The notes under the pieces: model-generated
What the model saw: the letters and a program-made list of their open reading frames with translations, nothing else
Database searches by the model: none
Told to the model about the DNA's origin: nothing
In this document: in pieces, positions 35,201-46,900 of the stretch
Position numbering within the stretch: position 1 is the first letter of the stretch
How the letters are laid out: each line of letters starts with the position of its first letter
NCBI RefSeq assembly: GCF_004010195.1
Contig: NC_057726.1
Coordinates: forward strand, 53,116,036 to 53,179,521
Direction of reading: 5' to 3'
Source of the DNA: Chiloscyllium plagiosum
Lineage: Eukaryota
DNA: 63,486 nt
Translations under genes and position numbers: made by a program

Positions 35201-38200
35201 GACTATATGACTCTAAATAGATGTGCAAAATTAAAAGTAATAGACTGATCCTCCTGATGTCTCACTATTATCTGAAATATATCTTAAATTTCATATTACG
35301 TTAAAATAATTTTATTTCTTAATAGAATATTCAGGTCATTAATAGAATTCATTATATTCTTGGTAAATTATACCTATTGAAACCAATTTTAACTACTTAG
35401 AGTTTCAACTTCTTTGACCTGTCAATTCTCTTTCAGGCATGTATGTATGTATGCTAGAGTTTGTCTTCTCAATCACAATAATGTCAATAATTTTGTTAAC
35501 AGTTCATCAGATCATCAATACTGCTGGTCACAGACTTAGAGTCCTGGAATATTGGAAAGGTGGATTGAAACAAGGGTCCAAAGTTTAGGGGCATGTGGAA
35601 TTATTACAATAATTATAACAATAAATATAACAATTAAGTGTCTGCTATTGTTTCTTTCTTACATCAGTGAGCAGTAAAGAGTAACTTTTGCTTCCAATGA
35701 GTTTCAATGTGGATAATGATGCAATTGTCAGAATTATGACATTTAATGACCAAATATGTGAGGAACATCAACACTGGAATGGAAAACTTGTACTTTGGAG
35801 ACGCCTCCAAGTGTGGTTATCCTCTGAGGCAGCAATACCCAACCCCCAAAATTGTTTTGGATTTTAACAGTGATTTCAGTCAAATGTGAGCTGATTTAAA
35901 TAAAATCCTTGGCTTACAGAAGGACTCATACGTACCTTAGCAATGGACATGGATTTTTGGCTCATTTCTGTTGTTAAACTTTTGTCAAAGGCACCAACAA
36001 TGACAAAATCTGCAGTACTGTTCCAGACAAAAGAGAAGGTTACAGTGAGTACATTCACTGCAAAATGTCAGCAACTCTCGGCTTCATAGCATCAGTATTT
36101 CAAATTGAAAACTACTTTCTTGTCATAGTCACTTGCCAGTAACCCTCTGACTTCCCTAACTCTCTTCTGGAAAGGATCTTGATATTGTTCAGATCAAGGT
36201 TTCCCCTGATCCACAGTTTACGATTTGCAATCGGCTTTTTTGATCAAAAATATTAACAATTCCATCTCTTTTTTTTGACAGCTCTCAGTATGACTTACCT
36301 TACACCACAATGTGCAGCAGTGACAACCCAGTTTTCATTGATCAAAGAGCCACCACAGAAATGCCAGCCAGAGTCAGACTGTAATGTGAAGAAATAAGAT
36401 ATGTAGTAACACCATGCTATCATCTACCTTCTCATTCTAAATTTCAATTCAAAGGTTTATTTAAAAATCAAAATTGTCTCATCCAGAAGGCCAAATTGAG
36501 GCAAGCTTTATAATCAATCATTCCAACCAACATACGAAATAAAGGAAGGGTCACTGGACCCGAAACATTAACTCCGATTTCTCTCCACAGATACTGCCAG
36601 ACCTGCTGAGCTTTTCCAGCAATTTCTGTTTTGGTATAGAGAACAGAGTAATGTGTTGATCATCAGATTACAGTACATGATCAAGATTCAAAGTCTAACA
36701 ATCTTCGGAGTTAGCTCATCGTGTCGATGAGATGTGGCACATGAGAATCCTTAAATCTCGTCTTTTTATGTTTTAATTCAGTTAATTGTTTGGGTTCTGT
36801 AGCTACTGTGAGATTTGTTTGTAAGTAACAAGTAACCAAATTTGGAGATCAGCAGCAATCTCATGAAAGTAAAGCAGAGTTGATTGCCTTTTAAATGTCT
36901 TCAAACCTCAGTGGAGTAAGGCATTTGGGGAACTACATTAATTAGGGCAAAGAATGACTTTGCAAATCCTTTTCTGGACACTCTCAATAGCTTTTCATTG
37001 CTCTGTTTATGATTCTACTTGACTACATATCTGTTCCATATTCCAATACAGGATGGATGAATAGTTATAACATCATCAGGTGAGATAAAATGGCATTTCA
37101 GCTTCTCAAGGGTGTATAGAAGACTGTTAATTTACTTAACAATAGGGACTGGGCCCAATTTTACTAGAATGTGTATGATGAAGGTCTGTATTGCAAACTA
37201 TTTCTCTGTAAGAAGGGACTTGGTTCTCATTAACTAAACAAGGATGCTAGCAAGTATGTCAACAGCTCAGCGATGGGAAATTTGAACATATCTGACAAAA
37301 AAGGAATATATTGCAGGGGAGAGCTCCAAGGATATACAGAGAAAGAAAAAGCATCTTTAAAACTTTACAAGGAAATCATTTAACATTAGGATGGACTAAA
37401 GAAAATTAAGAGGAATACAGAAAAGGTGATGGGGAGTTAATCCAAAAAAACTAACAGGAAATGTGAAAAACAGTATGAAATAATATAAAAAGAAATGATA
37501 ATGGCTTTTAGAGACATATGAACTTCTATTTGTATTTAAAAGTAGGCTAGGACCCCTCATGAATGAAGGACAGAGATAAACTGTGAGGATAAAGGTGTGG
37601 CAGGAAATTAATTGAATACTTGATTATCTATTTATATGATGGCAGAAATGTGACTACAGAGTAGTATATTCACCAACTTTAAGGACATTTAATGGTCATT
37701 GGATAGATATATGGACGAAAATACAATAGTGTAGGTTAGATGGGCTTCAGATTGGTTCCACAGGTCAGTGCAACATCGAGGGCCGAAGGCCTGCACTGTG
37801 CTTTACTGTTCTATATTCTATGCAGAGGAATGGTCTTTTACTCGAACAATGGAAATGAAAATCCTGTAATTATTTTATAAAATCAATTGAATAATTGAAT
37901 GTGCAGCAGCCCCTTTTATCTGGATGAACCAGAATGTCATGCGGCCCTTCATCTATATCTCTCTCGTGTGAAAAAAAAGGTGAGTGGTCCTTTAATATTT
38001 CTCCTTACCATTCCTAGTCTACTTTTTTTATTCTTTGACAAACTTCACTCAAAGTATAGAGGACATGTTGGACACATGCAAGTTAAAATGGTGATAATTG
38101 CTTCAATTTCAATAGAACAATAATAAATCATTTCTGTTATGTATCTTTTAACAGCTTTAACTCACCTGTAAGGACACCTGCCAAGGCCAGGATCCTGGAA

Positions 38201-38435
38201 CAGCTTCTTCACCATTGACAATTCGAGCATAGCCTGTGACAACAGGGGAGATAGCAGGAGTGCCACAGCCTAAAATCCAGGTAGAAACAAGCAGTTATTA
38301 CAATTTTGCATTATCGACTGTATCCAAACCAATATCTTTAATGCCAATGACCATTTCGAGAAATTGGTTTAAAACAGGATTACCATAACTGGCTCCTATG
38401 AAAGCAAAGCAGGAGAGAAACCAGAAGAACGCCAT
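29276..38435 (-). CDS. Chymotrypsinogen (CTRB/CTRL-like) copy 3, complete, 264 aa
   Basis: Seven GT-AG exons: 38435-38384, 38269-38166, 36378-36299, 36017-35936, 32806-32626, 29658-29525, 29437-29276 (52/104/80/82/181/134/162 bp = 795 nt, open frame to TGA). Protein runs [48 protein letters not shown]...TAAHC...YDVAV...GASSCMGDSGGP...TIATN, with intact triad and Ser189. Confidence 0.96.
29983..30850 (+). mobile_element. CR1 3' fragment containing a full-length HE1-type V-SINE (30296-30613)
   Basis: CR1 RT C-terminus and 3'UTR, interrupted by GGGCGGCACGGTGGCACAGTGG...GGTTCAATTCC...(TAATC)n. Confidence 0.9.
30984..31163. mobile_element. Palindromic PLE-terminus insertion (family A) in intron 5 of copy 3
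   Basis: 7-bp TSD ATATGAG (30977-30983 / 31164-31170). The inverted repeat is centred on GAATTC 31111-31116, with a hammerhead core on each strand. Confidence 0.8.
31380..32140 (-). mobile_element. Penelope-like element (family A, Neptune-like) 3' part: GIY-YIG endonuclease plus terminal repeat
   Basis: ORF 31682-32197 contains [36 protein letters not shown]...VAQHFN...H...[14 protein letters not shown], a GIY-YIG endonuclease with a CxxC...H...H zinc motif. Confidence 0.9.
31437..31472 (-). ncRNA. Hammerhead ribozyme core (PLE family A) downstream of the GIY-YIG ORF
   Basis: CUGAUGA-A-GUGC-UUUU-GCCC-GAAA-CG-UC on the same strand as the endonuclease ORF, with one stem II mismatch. Confidence 0.6.
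33010..35210. mobile_element. CR1 LINE: ORF1 (SGNH/GDSL esterase) and APE on +, inverted ORF2 piece on - (about 34670-35195)
   Basis: [10 protein letters not shown]...[11 protein letters not shown]...IGTND...LHLNWK (CR1 ORF1 esterase), CIYFNARGL (APE), and [12 protein letters not shown]...[12 protein letters not shown] on the minus strand. Confidence 0.88.
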
Positions 38436-38473
38436 TGTGTGTCTTACTGGGAGATTCAAGAAAACAATATGAC

Positions 38474-38480
38474 TTTTATA
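38474..38480 (-). promoter_or_regulatory. TATA box of chymotrypsinogen copy 3
   Basis: TATAAAA on the minus strand about 39 nt upstream of the ATG. The flanking GTCATA context is shared with copy 2. Confidence 0.6.
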
Positions 38481-39429
38481 TCCCAATGAACCTTAGGTAG
38501 CATACAGTAGGAATGTCAAAATGAATAACAAATAGTATCTAAAAAGATTAAAAAGCACCATTAAATTCATTAATGAGTGCACATGCTTCTGATTTCTTTC
38601 CAGGTAAACAAATGCATTAGGAAGATTACAAGGTGAGTGAACATTTGAAAAGATATGTTGCCAAGCATCTAGAATATTTGTATTTTCCCAGATAAAGACT
38701 ACCATTGATTTTGTACATGCAGCTCTCTGAGCTCCTGTATAAAATTGTCAAGTATTTATTGGAAGAGGTGAGTTATCACTGATTGGGGTGGGTTTTGCCA
38801 AGGCTGTGGGAGCCTAGTCAATGGACTGGAGAGTTGGACTGTTGGTCGGTTTGGAGCACCCACTCCTGCGTGTTTATGCGCATTTGGTTGTCAGTTAGCA
38901 GTTATCAGTGTTTCCATTCCTTTAAAAGACAGGATCCCCCCATCTCCACCTCAGAGGGACAGCAGCAGTTTTGTCACTGTACTTCCAATGGGTTCAGTAG
39001 TGACTGATAGGACGACACCTCCCGGATGAGCACAGTGCTCGTGTCACCCTCAGAACAAGGTGAACTGGAGCTAGTGTCATTGGGCCAGTCAAACAGAGTT
39101 AGGCTATAGACACCGATAATGAGAGGATTTCTCTCTTCCTAGTCCACATGGAGAAGACCATGATTCACCAGGCAGTCTCCCAACAGGAACAGGACCCACC
39201 CACTGCTGGTAAAAAATCAGCAGCAACAGGAACCAGCCTTACTCTGGCTATGTAAGTAGCACAATTAGCTTCTCATCAAGAAGGCCCACCTCTGTCTTGA
39301 TTGCCGCAGCAATGGGAAGGTGTTAGGCAATCCTTATCTTGCCATTTATAACCACCCTCTGCTATTAGCTCAGTCCCAACGTGCTGGTAAAATCCATTTC
39401 TAACAATGCATTGCTAGTCTGTGAACATC

Positions 39430-40530
39430 CACAAAGCATGATACAGGTCAATGGCTATTCCTTGGACAATAGTTAAACAACAGGAAGTAGAGAGTAGTCA
39501 TAAATAAGTCATTTTCAGTTTTGCATAAGTGCCACAGGGATCAATGTACAAGTTTCACAAGCTACAATTATTTACAATTTATATAAATAACTCAAATGAA
39601 GGGACAAAGGATATGGTTACTAAATTTGCTGATGGCACAAAGATAGATAGGAACATGAATTATGAAGAGGTCATAAAGTGTCTGCAAAGGGCTACAGTTA
39701 AGTTAAATAAGTGAGCAAAAATTTGGTTGTTGGAATGTAATGTAAGAAAATGTAACTGTCCACTTTGGCAAAGAAGAATAGCAAGGGGGGCATATTTCTT
39801 AAACAGTGAGATTGCAGAGCATTGTGGTCCAGAGGGATTAGGCATCCTATTGAATGAATCACAAAATGTTCATATGAAAGTGCAACAAGTGATTAGAAGG
39901 GCAAATGGAATCTTGTCATTTATTAAAAGGGAGGTTGAATATTAAAGTAGGGATGTTTTGCTACAGTTATGCAGGGCATTGGTGAGATATCTGCATTTCT
40001 GTAAACAGGTTTTGTCTTTTTTTAAGAAACTATATAAATATATTAGAAGAAATTTCTCTCAACTGATACAGAATCATAGAATTATAGAATCACGACAGTG
40101 TAGAAACAGGCCCTTCAGCCTGTTTCACACCGATACTCCAAAGAGTAACTCACCTAGACCTATTCACGTACCCTATTACTCTACATTTACCATGACTAAT
40201 GCATCTAACATCCCTGATGGGCAGTTTAGCACGGCCAATTCACCTAACCTGCATATCTTTGGATTGTGGGAGGAAAGCGCTGGATGAGAACATAATGATT
40301 GGACAGACAGAGCTTGTTTCCACTGGAGCTTTGAAGGAAAAGGTGACCTTGCTGAGACCTACAAGATCCTAGGGGACCTGACAGAGTGGGCACGAAGGGA
40401 TGTTACCCTTATGGGAGAGACTAGAACTAAGGAGTTTAATACAGCTTAAAAATAAGCGGTCTTCCATGTGAGATGAAGATGAGGAATTTTATTTCTCTCA
40501 GAGGATTGTGTGTTTCTGGAACTCTTTCCC
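39430..40530 (+). mobile_element. Old CR1 RT fragment with a partial V-SINE (-, about 40075-40275)
   Basis: VPQGS...LFTIYIN...KFADGTK and RRANGILSFIKR. Confidence 0.75.
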
Positions 40531-40544
40531 AAATTCAATGCATA

Positions 40545-40875
40545 CCAAGTCAGTGCTGAACTATCTAATGTGACATCTTCTGGGTGAGATGCCAAACTGA
40601 TGATCCACCTGTTCCCTCACGTGTAGCTTAAGTTCCCACAATACTATTAATTGAAGAGGAGCGGTATTTGTCCAGTACCATGTGCATCTTCAACTAAAAC
40701 TAAAAAAGTGATAGAGTCATTTATTTCATTGTTGATTGCAGGATTTAGTTGTGTACAAATAACTGCCACATTTCCTACATTATAACAGTGCAACATTTCA
40801 GAAGTACTCCATTGGTTGTAAAGTGCTTTGGGGCATCCTTAAGTTGTGAAAGGTACTGCACAAGTCATTCTCTTT
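40545..40875 (+). mobile_element. Deu-domain-type SINE (SacSINE1/AmnSINE1-like), degenerate
   Basis: Recognised from memory of the family: CATCTT...GAGATG..AAAC, ACTATT..GAAGAGGAGC, TTTCCTACATT..AACAGT, TTGG.TGTAAAG.GCTTTGGG...GTTGTGAAAGG. Related pieces occur at about 48700-48900, 56690-56800 and 58480-58680. Confidence 0.5.
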
Positions 40876-41225
40876 ATAAGTTTTAATTATTGTAGCAGGT
40901 CCTGTCGCATCCTAATGTACCACACTCTGTGTACTCTAGGAAATAATTGGTTGTGTCAAGTAGGCCAATGGACAACACATGGCTTTGGAGGAGACAGCTC
41001 GGAATAAGAGTTCCAGTCAATTTAAGTTAATTTTCATTGATTCCAGTTCTCGCCAGGATGAGTGAGGACCTCAGGCAAGAAGAAGATACCAAGGGTTGAC
41101 AATATAGAGAATAGAAATACCATACACTTTGTATATTTGACATTCTCTCCTGAGTAGTTATTGGATTCTAGCCAGAATTTTTAAACAGAAACCAAGAAAT
41201 ATAGACTTTCTTTTTGCAGAGTATA

Positions 41226-43530
41226 TTGACAAAAGCAGCTCTCTCACACATTCTTGTACCCCCTTTTTTGTATCTGATGTCACCTCTTTCCATTCTAACT
41301 TTAGTTACTTATTATTAACAGAGTCTGCAGTTTCAATCATCTTTCATTAATTAATCATCATATTGGTAATATTATTCTACAGAACAAGAAATGCTCCAAC
41401 TGTCACAGGATGTACAGCAAGAAACTATCTTTGTATGTGCCAACAAATCATTCATATTTGATTGCAACCCACATCACAATTTAAGAGAGTCCATCTTGTG
41501 GTTCAATCTCACTTGGTCCAGAGTTTAGAATCTGAACAAAATCCCAGTTGGAGACCTCTATGAAAATAAAACAGTAAAGTATGTATATTACCTCAAAATT
41601 GCCTTAATCTGAATAACTTCATCTGCATTTCTGTCATGCATATTAAAGACCATGAGATGTTTGGTCTTTCTTCAACAAAATCAAATGTGTAATGGCTTAT
41701 GTAAGAGGAACTGTACATTGCTGTGAATGATACCACAGTCAGATGGTTTGGTAATGCAATAATATTCATATCACACCATAATGTGATACATAAATACATG
41801 TCTACAAGAGCCAATCAGAGACTAAAATTCTGTGGTGACTAACCCACCTCCTGACTTCTAAAAGCCTGTCCACCAAGTGCAAAGCACAAATCAGGAGAGT
41901 AATAGAATACTCCCCTCTCCCCTCAGCTCACAGGCAGTTCGACCTTAATTGAAGAATTGTGTCAAAGATTAAAGAGAAAGATATTGTGCAGCAATAAAAT
42001 TCCTCAGATTGGAAAGGGGAACTATTACCAATCAGTTTGTAAATATTAAATTGATTGTTGTGGAAACATGCAGACAGATTTTATTCTCCTTATGGTATCT
42101 TATCTAAACAGGAGACAGTTTATAAACTTATAGAATTGCTATTAAAGAGTTAAATAGGAACAGTGTAAATTAGAGTGTTTGGCACAATAAGAATGTAAGT
42201 TAATGTGTTGGATACAAAGTGTATGATTTACAGGAATGAACTAAATTCTTATTATAATAAATGATTACAAGTATATCTTTAAGCCAAGTTTTATGTTCAA
42301 GAGTTATCCAATCAGGCAATAAAAAAAGACAATTGATTGAAGTTATGAGGAGTGATGGCAAGTGTTGGTAATCCAATTTCTTTCAAGAGCCAGTAAATTA
42401 AATTAGAACCACTTTAAGTAAATACTTCAATGAACTGAAATGTTATTACTATCTATAATGTTTCATTTGACTTGTTTTGATCTTTGCTGTACTTTTTGCT
42501 GCAAAATTAGCTTTTCTGGTGTAATAATTCAAAACATCTGTTCTTGCATCAATGAACACAAAACAGATCCAATAAAATAGTTGAAACTACTAAATTTATC
42601 ATCCTGCTTGATTGCACTGGCACCTCATGGAAGGTTTTTTATGTATGATTATGTAAATGATTTTTTGCAGACAGTTGAGCTGACCTAATCTTCATAACGT
42701 CAAACAACAGAATTTCCAAATTACACTTAAATATAAACTCCACCACACTGTCTTTATCTTTTTTGATAGGTGTTCTTTAGGAATAGAACAAGTTGAGCAA
42801 AAAACCTAAAAAGCATAAGGAATAAAAGCATTCTTTGAAACTTCCTTTTAAACTTATGTAGTATGTCAGATGTTCTTCTGAAGACATAGCTGAATGACAT
42901 ATCTCTCGTAAGTATGACTCTTGATGTTTATTGAGAAAGTTGAATGGCATTTAAAATTCCTATGATGTTGCATCTCAATTTTGTTAACTAGTATTTACAA
43001 CAGAAATGTGAGCTTGGAGGAAATTGGTTAAAATACAAAATGCAATGCAGTTGATGGCAGATTTTTTCAGGAGGGGCACAATCTCTCCCAACTTTGCTCA
43101 CGATAAACTATATTTTACAGCTGGCTCATATCATGTTTGAATCTAACATCGTCACCTGCATCCTTTCCAGAAAGAGAGTCACTGGATAGAAACAACAGTT
43201 GACTTTTAAAAACCCCTCCTCAGGGTTTTACAATTTCTCTGACTGACATCCACTGATACAGCACATCATTTTGATCTGACAGTAGTTTGGTTGTGGTCCT
43301 AAAATTCAATAGCCATTGAAGAACTTCTTTCCTGCCATTTCTTCAGTTAGAGACTGCTGGAGCCAGCAAGGAAGTGACTGTTATTACCATATCCAGCCTT
43401 ACCCAGAAATCACAGTAAACATCCTGGAGAACTCTAAACTTCCAATTTTCTATATCTAGTAGAGAGTGCCAGCTTTTATGTAATGGAAATGTCAGAATAA
43501 ACCTTCATTATGTTTTGAAAAATGAAACAA
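41226..43530 (+). pseudogene. Candidate decayed immunoglobulin-superfamily membrane-protein gene
   Basis: Hydrophobic leader-like stretch at 41226-41304. Symmetric phase-1 exon 41383-41700 (318 bp) with Ig-like C...W...LxI...C spacing and 2 stops. Second phase-1 exon 42112-42357 (246 bp) with SV.LEC...W...ILII across frameshifts. Hydrophobic stretch at about 42440-42520 and further acceptor/donor motifs downstream. Confidence 0.35.
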
Positions 43531-43999
43531 ATTAAGAAATCAGTTAGATAAGGTATAAAGTGGATAGAATCTTGCTCTTTTTCAGAAGGAAGAGAAATAA
43601 ATTAATCATTGATTCATTAATGTAGTAGATATTCTGCACATCTGGCTGGTTCCCAAAGAGCTGCAGAAAGAAATTGTTTATCTACAACTTTGTAGACACA
43701 TTGATAAGTGTGACCTTGTCTCTCGTAAATGATAAAGCATTTCTCTTGCACATTTTAATTAAGTAGAACTGGGTACCATATGTTCTTTCTTACACACTTT
43801 GGATTAGCTTAGTTTGGGAGGGCTTACTTTCATTGTTAAATCCCCCACTTTCAACATCCTGGGGTTTACCATTGACCAGAAGCTGAACTGGACCAGCCAT
43901 ATAAATACAATGGCTACAATAGCAGATCAGAGGCTAGAATTCTGGAGTGAGTAATTCACTTCCCAGCTCCTCAAAACCTGTCCACAAAGCTCCACGAGA

Positions 44000-46900
44000 G
44001 AGTGAGGACTGCAGATGCTGGAGATCAGAGGTCAAAAGTGTGGTGCTGGAAAAGCGCAACTGATCAGGCAGCATCCGAGGAGCAGGAGAGTCAACATTTC
44101 AAGCATAAGCTCTTCAATAGGAATGTGGATGAGGCGATGCCCAAGAAGGCTGAGAGATAAATGGAGGGGTAGGTCTGGGGGCAAGGTAGCTAGGAATGCA
44201 ATAGGTAGATGAAGGTGGGGGGTGATGGTGATAAGTCAGAGTGGAGGGTGGAGCAGATAGGTGGGAAGGAAGGTGGACAGGTAGGACAGAATGGGTGGAG
44301 TTAAGGAACCACAAAGGCAAAAACAACCATAATGGAAGTTAGGTACAGACCTCCTAACACTGGTCAGGACCGGGATGCAATATGTACTGGGAAATTGATA
44401 GGGCATGTCAGAAAGGTAGGGTCACAGTGATCATGGGGGACTTCAATATGCAGGTGGACTGGATGAATAATGTTGTGGATGCATCCAAAGAAAGAGAATT
44501 CATGGAATGCTTACAGGATGGCTTTTTGGAACAGTTTGTGAGGGAGCCTTTTTCAGAATGGCAGTTAGTGACAAGTGGTGTCCTGCAGGGTTCAGTATTG
44601 GGGCCGCTGCTGTTCACTTTATATAGTAGTGATCTGGATGAGGAGACCGGGGGCATTCTGGCGAAGTTCGCCGATGATACGAAGTTAAGTGAACAGGCAG
44701 GTAGTACTGAGGAAGTGGGGAGGCTGCAGAAAGATTTAGACGGTTTAGGAGAGTGGTCCAAGAAATAGCTGAAGAAAATCAACGTGAGCAAGTGCGAGGT
44801 CTTGCACTTTGGGGAAAAAAAGAATACAGGCATGGACTATTTTCTAAACGGTGAGAAACTTCATAAAGCCAAAGTACAAAGAAATCTGGGATTCTAGATT
44901 CTAGCTAGTTCAGGATTCTGTAAAGGATGACTTGCAGGTTGAACCTGTGGTTAAGAAAGCAAATGTAATGTCTCAAGAAGGTTGGAATGAAAAAGCAGCG
45001 ATGTGCTACTGAGACTTTATAAAGCTCTAGTTAGGCCTCATTTAGAATATTGTGTCCAATTCTGGGCCTCACACCTCAGGAAGGACATACTGGCACTGGA
45101 GCGTGTCCAGTGGAGATTCACGCGGATGATCCCTGGAATGGTAGGCCTAGCATACAATGAATGGCTGAGGATCCTGGGATTGTATTCATTAGAGTTTAGA
45201 AGGTTGAGGGGAGATCTAGAAACTTACAAGATAATGCATGGCTTAGAAATGGTGGACACTGGGAATTTGTTTCCATTAGGCAGGGATACTAGGACCCGTG
45301 GGGATCAATTTAGAATGGAAATGAGGAGACATTTCTTCAGCCAGAGAATAGTGGACCTGTGGAATTCATTGCCATGGAGTGCAGTGGAGGCCAGCACATT
45401 AAATGTCTTCAAGGCAAAGATTGATAAATTCTTGATCTCACAAGGAATTAAGGACTACGGGGAGAGTACAGGTAAGTGGTACTGAAATGCCCATCAGCCA
45501 TAATTGAATAGTGAAGTGGACTTGATGGGCCAAATGTCCTTACTTCCACTCTTATGTCTTATGGTCTTATGGAGCCCACAAGGGAGCAGGCTATTCTGAA
45601 CTTAGTTCTATGTGATGATCCAGACTTTATAAAAGATCTTAAAGTAAGGGAACACTTCAGAGGCAGCGATCATAATGTGGTAGAGTTCAGTCTGCAGTTT
45701 GAAAGAGAGAAGGCAAAATCAGATGCAATGTTGTTATTGTTCAATAAAGGTAATTACAGGGACATAACAGAGGAACTGACGAAAATCGGCTTGAAGCAGA
45801 GCCTGCGGGGAAGACAGTAGAGCAAAAATGGCAGGAGTTTTTGGCTGTAATTGAGGACACAGTACAGAGGTTCATCCCAAAGAAAAGAAAGAATATCCGA
45901 GGGTGGGGGGCGGGGGGGATTAGACAGCCATGGCTGACAACGGAAGTCAGGAAATGTATCATAGAAAAAGAGAGAGCCTATAAAGTGGCCGAGAGCACAG
46001 GGAAATCAGAAGATTGGGAAGACTACAAAAACAAATAGAGGATACCAAAGAGAGAAATAAGGAAGGAGAGGATCAAATATGAAGGTAGGCTGGCCAGTAA
46101 TTTTGAACAGATAGTAAAAGTTTCTTTCAATACATAAGAAACAAACGAGAGGCAAAGTAGATATTAGGCCACTCCAAATTGATGCAGAAAGACTAGTGCT
46201 GGGAGATAAGGAAATAGCTGAAGAACTCACATTTGGTTACATTGAATTTCATCAGCCATTTCCTGGACCACTCTCCTAAACTGTCTGAATCTTTCTGCAG
46301 CACCCCCCATCTCCACAGTACTACCTGCCTGTCCACCTAACTTTGTATCATTGGCAAACTTTACTTGAATGCCCTCAGTCCCTTCATCCAGATCATTAAT
46401 GTAGAGAGTGAATAGCTGCGGCCCTAACACTGAACCCTGCGGGACACCACTTGTGACCGGCTGCCATTCTGAAAAAGAACCTTTTATCCCAACTCTCTGC
46501 CTGCTGTCAGACAGCCAATCCTCAATCCATGCCAGTAGCTCAACTTGAACATCATGGGCCCTCACCTTACTCAGCAGCCTCCTATGAGGCATCTTATCAA
46601 AAGCCTTTTTGAAGTCTAGATAGACAACATCCACTGGGTTTCCCTGGTCTAACTTACATGTTACCTCTTCAAAGAATTCTAAAAAGTTTGTCAGGCATGA
46701 CCTTCCCTTATTAAATCCAAGCTGACTTGTTCTAATCTGACTCTGCACTTCCAAGAATTTAGAAATCTCATCTTTAACGAAGGATTCTAGAATTTTACCA
46801 ACAACCGAGGTTAGGCTAATCGATCTATAATTTTATATCTTTTGTCTTGATCCTTTGTGACTTTCCAATCATCTGGGACTTTCCCTGACTCCAGTGATTT

